A DNA stretch of 63,067 nt, the filler included, from Octopus bimaculoides (lineage: Eukaryota): NCBI RefSeq assembly GCF_001194135.2. It is 7 parts of 7 records of this genome, joined end to end, with 100 filler letters (N's around TTAATTAATTAA, not from the genome) between each part and the next. Parts side by side here need not be neighbours in the genome. Positions count along the whole stretch, not along the records: positions 54,576 to 57,656 come from NC_068993.1; positions 57,757 to 61,722 come from NC_068987.1; positions 61,823 to 63,067 come from NW_026368552.1; 4 more parts are not named here. One strand, 5' to 3'. How positions within the stretch are numbered: position 1 is the first letter of the stretch; every line of letters starts with the position of its first letter. Under the pieces are notes generated by a model, which was given only the letters and a program-made list of their open reading frames with translations, did no database searches and had not been told where the DNA came from. A program made the position numbers and the translations under genes. Below are positions 55,530-63,067 of the stretch, piece after piece.

Positions 55530-56924
55530 CTGCAACGAAAATAGTATCATTTAGACAACGTCAGTTTGTGTTTATAAGTTCTGCTTTAAATTAATTTACG
55601 GATTTCATTCTCAAGTCAAGGAAGAACAAAGAAACACAAGTGTGGAAGAGAGTCCATATGTGTAAGTGCGTGCGTGCGTGCATGTGTGTGCGCGTGCATG
55701 TGTGTGTATGTGAAAGAGAGAGAGGAGAGAAACCGTGCATGAGAATCGAAATATCTGTTTTTCAATGTTTTATCTTTGGACTTTTTCTGAGAAATAAAAT
55801 GTATTTTATTGAATTGTATACATAGGTCTGTATTCGATCCAAGGTTTAAGATTTAATAAAGCAGGTTACATGATGTTTATTTTTATCTTTTGCAGATGTG
55901 TTAATGCAGTTTCATTTTCGTACACATTTATAATAGAGAGCATTTATACTAAGTGGTCTAAGTGAATCAAGGATGCAAGCTCAACATTGGAAACTAATTA
56001 TCAATTTTAAGATCTTCAGACTTGTGTTAACAGCTAAGATGATTGAGTTACCATGTCTTTGCTATAGACACAATATATGTACCGCTGACCTGTCAGCTTG
56101 TTATCTGATACCGATTTGGCTAACCGGAGCTCTCAGGAAAAGGAGACGAGAGACAGCAATAGTAGAGATTCGAAACTCAATCACTTGATCTGTTTGTTAG
56201 AAGCATTCCTTAATATTTGATAACTCTTAGTAAGAATATCGATTTCTAACTGGTGCAAAGCTATACAGTAGTGTGCTGGGATCTAATCGATTCCACTACA
56301 CTACTGCAACTGAACTGAAGAGATAGAAGGTAAAAATCATCCCTGTTGTATCTGGACTAAAAATTAAATGAATTAACCACTTCATTAGCAGCATTGATAC
56401 ATTGTTGTTAATGTGTTACTACAATATATATTTGTTATAATGCTTCTTGTTTACAATGTTATTTTGTACAACATCATTTAATGCATTAGTTTCCATTGTA
56501 TAGTTTATTGATTAATAAACACAGGTTACAACACTGATAGTTATAACATTATTAAGATGAATTTCATTAAAATGTTTTCTGATATGTAAATATTTTCTTT
56601 ACTTTGTTCTTATGCTTATGGCTACTTAATAATGTTGTTANNNNNNNNNNNNNNNNNNNNNNNNNNNNNNNNNNNNNNNNNNNNNNNNNNNNNNNNNNNN
56701 NNNNNNNNNNNNNNNNNNNNNNNNNNNNNNNNNNNNNNNNTTTGTATTGAAAAATAAAGCCAGGTTTCTTTCAATTTCATGTTTTGCATGGCCAAGCAAT
56801 ATTTACAAATTAGAAAAATACGTAAAGTTAGAATATCCCAATGTTATATATGTATACCTGAATATCTATAGAGATAAGTATCATGTTTCAAATAGTGGAA
56901 CTACATTTAGAATAAAAAAATGTA

Positions 56925-57425
56925 AATTCTCCGCTTTTCTTTCAAACATTCAATTTTGGAGAGAATTTTTTGACTGCTTGTGTTAACAAACGGAATCATG
57001 TGTTCATTAATTTTTTCCTTGGGTGTCCGTAGTTTGGTGATGCTCAATTTCGTCGCTGTTTTAATTCCCTCATTAATTAATCCTAAGAGGTATTTCTGCA
57101 TTGCGAAGAAGCCTTTGAGCTCATTGAGTCGGATTTCAAGTATTTTGGGATCAGTCACCATAGCATAGATGCGTCATGCCATGCTGTATGGGATGTCCCT
57201 TTTGATGTGCGATGGATGGCAAGAGTAGAAATTTAAATATTGGTGAGTGTCAGTGTTTTTGTAATATATGTCTGTTGTGACTGTGGAGTTGTGTATTTTT
57301 ATGTGGATATCCAGGAATGGTAATTCATTGCAACTGTATTCTGTCGTGAATTTGATGGATGGGTGAAATGTGTTCAGTATATTGTTAAAGATGCTTAGGT
57401 CCTCAATTTTCAATACAAAACATCG
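56925..57425 (-). mobile_element. Penelope-like element, RT thumb/C-terminal region
   Basis: FNNILNTFHPSIKFT.E....LPFLDIHI...TDIYYKNTDTHQYLNFYSCHPSHIKRDIPYSMA(*)RIYAMVTDP..LEIRLNELK. Confidence 0.88.
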
Positions 57426-57518
57426 AAATTACACAGTGTAGACATAGACATATTTCCAAACACATGAGCTCACAGGCACACATACGCACACATACACATA
57501 CATACACACAGACGCGCG

Positions 57519-57558
<40 letters not shown>

Positions 57559-58018
57559 TATTTAATTTTTCATAGAGGTTCTTCTTTCTGTTTCTGTCGT
57601 CATTTTCCCCAGCAGAAAACATAATCTCGCGGAAGCACGCTGTTCCTCCGTTTCAANNNNNNNNNNNNNNNNNNNNNNNNNNNNNNNNNNNNNNNNNNNN
57701 TTAATTAATTAANNNNNNNNNNNNNNNNNNNNNNNNNNNNNNNNNNNNNNNNNNNNTTATTTATTTCAGCTATTGAACCGCGGCCATGCTGTGGCCTTGG
57801 ACGCTTTTAGTCAAAGAGATCTAGCCTAGAATTTATTATTATTTTTACCACGCGGGAAAAAGAGTCGACAGAGGGGGCAAGCGGCGTTGGGGGTCAAACA
57901 ACACAAAGATACACACACTTAGATATATTCGTGCATCTGTGTTTGTATTTATCCTCACCCCGAGCGGATGTATGTATGTATGTGTGTGTTTGTGTGTATC
58001 TATGTATATGTATGTATG

Positions 58019-58052
<34 letters not shown>

Positions 58053-58312
58053 TGTATGTATGCATATCTTTCATTTTTTGCCTTTTACCTGTCTCAGTCA
58101 TTAGTCTACGGCCATGCTGGGGCACCACTTTTAATTTTTTGTCGAATCAATAGACCCCCAGAACTTATTTTATAAAAGCCTGGTACTTATTCTATCAGTT
58201 TCTATTGCCGTATCGCTAGGTTACAGAAACATAAACACACCAACACAGGTTGACAAGAACTTACACTTGCATGGCTTAAGCTTTGAGACAAGCAGGCTGG
58301 GGACAAACACAG

Positions 58313-58373
<61 letters not shown>

Positions 58374-59608
58374 NNNNNNNNNNNNNNNNNNNNNNNNNNN
58401 NNNNNNNNNNNNNNNNNNNNNNNNNNNNNNNNNNNNNNNNNNNNNNNNNNNNNNNNNNNNNNNNNNNNNNNNNNNNNNNNNNNNNNNNNNNNNNNNNNNN
58501 NNNNNNNNNNNNNNNNNNNNNNNNNNNNNNNNNNNNNNNNNNNNNNNNNNNNNNNNNNNNNNNNNNNNNNNNNNNNNNNNNNNNNNNNNNNNNNNNNNNN
58601 NNNNNNNNNNNNNNNNNNNNNNNNNNNNNNNNNNNNNNNNNNNNNNNNNNNNNNNNNNNNNNNNNNNNNNNNNNNNNNNNNNNNNNNNNNNNNNNNNNNN
58701 NNNNNNNNNNNNNNNNNNNNNNNNNNNNNNNNNNNNNNNNNNNNNNNNNNNNNNNNNNNNNNNNNNNNNNNNNNNNNNNNNNNNNNNNNNNNNNNNNNNN
58801 NNNNNNNNNNNNNNNNNNNNNNNNNNNNNNNNNNNNNNNNNNNNNNNNNNNNNNNNNNNNNNNNNNNNNNNNNNNNNNNNNNNNNNNNNNNNNNNNNNNN
58901 NNNNNNNNNNNNNNNNNNNNNNNNNNNNNNNNNNNNNNNNNNNNNNNNNNNNNNNNNNNNNNNNNNNNNNNNNNNNNNNNNNNNNNNNNNNNNNNNNNNN
59001 NNNNNNNNNNNNNNNNNNNNNNNNNNNNNNNNNNNNNNNNNNNNNNNNNNNNNNNNNNNNNNNNNNNNNNNNNNNNNNNNNNNNNNNNNNNNNNNNNNNN
59101 NNNNNNNNNNNNNNNNNNNNNNNNNNNTTTCACATCGATAATTTATTTTACAGTTATTTACACCATATTACTATGAGTGAAGGCGCATGGCTCAGTAGTT
59201 AGAGCGTTGAGCTTACGATCGTGAGGCTGTGAATTCGAATCCCGGACAGGGCTGCGTGTTGTGCTCTTGTCTTGAGCAAGGCACTTTATTTCACGTTGCT
59301 CCAGTTCACTCAGCTGTAGGAATGAGTTGTGACGTCACTGGTGCCAAGTTGTATCGACCTTTGCCTTTCCCTTGGATAACACTGGTGGCGTGGAGAGGGG
59401 AGGCTGGTATGCATGGGCGACTGTTGGTCTTCCATAAACAACCTTGCACGGACTTTTTGCCTGGGAGGGTGACTTTCTTGGTGTAATCCTATGGTCAGTC
59501 AGGACCGAAGGGGATCTCAGCATGACCATGAGCTACACATATTTCCACTGCACTGACTGCATACTGTTGCAGATGCAAACTCACAATATTAATTTATCTG
59601 TTGTCCTG

Positions 59609-59680
<72 letters not shown>

Positions 59681-59704
59681 GCTAGCTAGCTAGCTAGCTA
59701 GCTA

Positions 59705-59755
<51 letters not shown>

Positions 59756-60160
59756 GTCTGTCTATCTACACAAGCTGGGTAACGTGTTGTTGCCATGTCA
59801 GACCATGCCTTCTCCGCCGAATAGGCCTCTTGGTCAGGACAGGTTTCTGCATCATTTAGGGCAATTCTGCATTATTTATAATATCTCAATAAACTAAAGT
59901 TTTATGTTTTCATTCGGTACATAGATTTAAAGACTTTTCTTAGTTCGCTGCTGGTGCTCTGTCATTTTGAGCCTCGTCAGCAGTATGTATCCTGGTAAAA
60001 AATATGCCAAGAAAAGAGATCGACGGTTTCAGTCTACTAAAGATATATTTTAGTGTTACCACAGTAAGTTCATAGGAGGTTTTATCTCCAGACGAATACA
60101 GCACTTAATAGTTAATACGACTTTCTCTGAGGCGTTTGCATTAACTATGATAGACAAGGA

Positions 60161-60553
60161 TAAAAACCATTTTAATGATTTTATCAAGTGGCCAGCGTGT
60201 AATAAAACCATATAAGTAACAATTTATACTAATATATAATTATATCAATATAATTGTATTAAAGGGTGCGGATAAACCCCGATAACACGCTAGAAATAGA
60301 CGCCAAATGGCTTTAAAAACCACATCTACATATATACACTAGTTAACTCTAATTTATTCACCTCAACCGCGTGCGTTTGTGATCAAAATAATATCACAGT
60401 CAATATAATTTGATCAGGTGTATAAAATATATTTATACATAAATAAGTATAAAATCATTTTAACGATTTGATCAAGTGGCCAGCGTGTAATAAAACCATG
60501 TCGGTAATAATTTATACTTATATATAATTATATCAATATAATTATATTGAAGG
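60161..60553. repeat. Two direct repeats of about 105 bp, 288 bp apart
   Basis: atcaagtggccagcgtgtaataaaacca...tatataattatatcaatataatt occurs at 60161-60265 and 60450-60553. Confidence 0.85.
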
Positions 60554-60703
60554 ATTCTCCCACATATAATACACGCTCACGTGGTCGCACCAGCTAATCC
60601 TGTNNNNNNNNNNNNNNNNNNNNNNNNNNNNNNNNNNNNNNNNNNNNNNNNNNNNNNNNNNNNNNNNNNNNNNNNNNNNNNNNNNNNNNNNNNNNNNNNN
60701 NNN

Positions 60704-60736
<33 letters not shown>

Positions 60737-60774
60737 CATACATATATGTATATTTTCTATTTATCTCTCACTAG

Positions 60775-60806
<32 letters not shown>

Positions 60807-61098
60807 TTTTCTCTTTCCATCTCCAAGCACCATCTCTTTACATCTTAGTCGTAAGCATGACCTTAAGTGTTATCTCGGATAACATACATATAAATGAATA
60901 TAAGATCGAGGGGCCGAGGTGTGGGAAGGAACTTAGCTCCAAGCAAACCGCAGTAAATATATATAAAAAAAAAACTTTCAGGGACACTAGTAGTTTATTG
61001 AGACGGAAGGTTGTGGATTTTTTCTTATAAGTTTTAAAATGTTCTTTTTATATTTTATAGTAGGCAACCAGGGTTGCCGGTTATGCGAATAAGAAAAC

Positions 61099-61703
61099 AA
61101 GAGTTAAAGAATGAGGTAGATACGATCCGTGCTACATGTGTTTCATAGCGAGCGGAACCTCGGAAGTCCTAAATGTCCAAGCGAGGTCTATACCGCAGTT
61201 TAATCATCGGACCAAGGATATCTTGATTAAATGAACATATGTTAATACGTGGACATTCTGGCTGAATCTTCCATGTGTTAACATGTACGACCTTGCGGCA
61301 ATGTTAAAAATAAATAAATGCGCCCTTTTAAAGCCAGGTTCAAGGGCCCGGTTTCCCGGTTTCAATGGCGTATGTGTTCCCCAGCCAGTCCATCGCAGCG
61401 TTACTCATTTTTGCTGGCTGAGTGGACTGGAGCAACGTGAAATGAAGTGTTTTGCTCAAGAACACAACACATCGCCCGGGCCAGGAATCGAAACCACAAT
61501 CTTACGATCATGATGCTGACACCCTAACCACTAAGCCATGCGCCTCTGCTTGCGGCAATGTTAACTTTTACTTAATCAAGACATCCTTGGCCTGAAAAGT
61601 AGCCTGCGGTATACACCTCGCTTGGATATTTACCACTTCCGAGGTTCCGCTCCCTGTGAAACATATGTAGCCCGGATCTTATCTACTCTGTTGCTTAACT
61701 CTT
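61099..61703. mobile_element. Fold-back element with about 130-bp inverted arms, SINE inserted in the spacer
   Basis: 61099-61230 matches the reverse complement of 61572-61703 (for example gagcggaacctcggaagt and tccaagcgaggt.tataccgcag). Confidence 0.8.
61308..61548 (-). mobile_element. tRNA-derived CORE-like SINE with a perfect 16-bp TSD
   Basis: cttgcggcaatgttaa at 61292-61307 and 61549-61564. Head gcatggcttagtggttagg...gtttcgattcc, with an AT-rich tail. Confidence 0.9.
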
Positions 61704-61822
61704 ATAAGTTTATACACACACANNNNNNNNNNNNNNNNNNNNNNNNNNNNNNNNNNNNNNNNNNNNTTAATTAATTAANNNNNNNNNNNNNNNNNNNNNN
61801 NNNNNNNNNNNNNNNNNNNNNN

Positions 61823-63067
61823 CATAAATCATATTTTCCTATTGCATCAATATATTATTCTATACTTAATTTACCCATCTTTTCATTTCACAATCTAAAA
61901 GATGATAATACCAATACACAAAATTAATATTGATGTGACAACACATAAATTGTCATCCTTTATATTCTCGTAAATCACACTTTTTACATCTGCTCATACT
62001 ACATAAATAGATATACGTATTGAGTATAATATACTTAAACACACTCCAAATATCCCAAATACACCAATCAATATATTTATATCCCTATTTAACAAGACTT
62101 CAATAATCAAATCTTTTGAATAAAACCCGGCCCAAAAAGGAAATTCACATAATGCTATATTTGAAATATTAAGAACAATTCTAGTAAAAGGAAAATTACA
62201 TATTACGCCCTTAATATCCCGGATATCCTGTTCTCCGCAATAGCAATGAATAATATTCCCACCATACTAAAAATAATAAAGCTTTAAATATAGCAATAAC
62301 CACAAAAACCATACAAATATCAAAAAACAAAAAATGCCAGATATATAAATAATTTCAATGTCTCAACAACGATATAATACTAATTCTAGATAAAATATAA
62401 CAATCCCCAACCCGATTTATCAATACCGTTTTTATACCTGCACCTAATGATTTATTATTCTGATAGTAAATAACTAAACAAAATTATACCCATCCCAATC
62501 TATCTCATCCTAAATTCAAACTAACAAATCTAGGAATAAAAATCAAAAAATTTTTAATTTTTAGACAAAACAAATAACTATTAGAAATCGCTTAACATTA
62601 ACATCACCCTTCATATATCAAACCTTAAAAATACATACCGATTCAGAAATCAAACAAACTAATCTCCCAAAACTACATTTTGACAAATCAAACAAAATAT
62701 CTAATGCAACATTAAAACGTAACATAAAAAATTTCCCGCGAAATAATATAACAGCAATTATTCAAAATCAAATATATAAATAAAATCGCTCAAAAAAAAA
62801 GAACCTGACGTTATTCTTTTTATTTTAATCTTTTATAATTTTTAGACAAAACAAATAACTATTAGAAATCGCTTAACATTAACATCACCCTTCATAAATC
62901 AAACCCTAAAAATACATACCGATCTAGCAATCAAACAAACTCCCAAAACTACAACTTGCCCAATCAAATAAAATATCCATCTCAACAAACAACCTTATAA
63001 CGTTAAAAAATTTCCATGAAATAATATAACAGCAATTATTCAAAATCAAATATATAAATAAAATCGC
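61823..63067 (-). pseudogene. nad5: NUMT: nuclear copy of mitochondrial ND5, decayed and rearranged
   Basis: With the invertebrate mitochondrial code the minus strand gives YMKGDVNVKRF, LIFIPSFVSLNLGWD, FCLVIYYQNNKSLGAGM.TVLMNRVGD, FKALLF, EQDIRDI and GFYSKDLIIE. Stops and frameshifts are present. Confidence 0.93.

Overview
This is an AT-rich, microsatellite- and gap-rich animal genomic window, most likely octopus. That call is an inference from the SINE families, the mollusc-like ND5 NUMT and the repeat landscape. The main content is one minus-strand, multi-exon gene for a modular extracellular protein, of which the ORF track shows only the vWA exon. In transcript order I find a cEGF-type exon (55407-55529), an EGF exon (30086-30199), a vWA exon with an intact MIDAS (28055-28621), and then tandem-duplicated, strongly basic EGF exons (25253-25366, a decayed copy at about 24200-24297, 22749-22859, 21673-21783). 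All intact exons are symmetric phase 1-1 with canonical AG/GT sites and join in frame. The start and stop exons were not identified, and more exons may lie in N gaps. The introns hold decayed Tc1/mariner elements and MITEs, including two fold-back elements, plus several tRNA-derived SINE families, RLE-type and Penelope-like retroelement fragments, and many microsatellites. The window ends in a rearranged mitochondrial ND5 NUMT with an internal deletion and a tandem duplication. All alignments and counts were done by eye.
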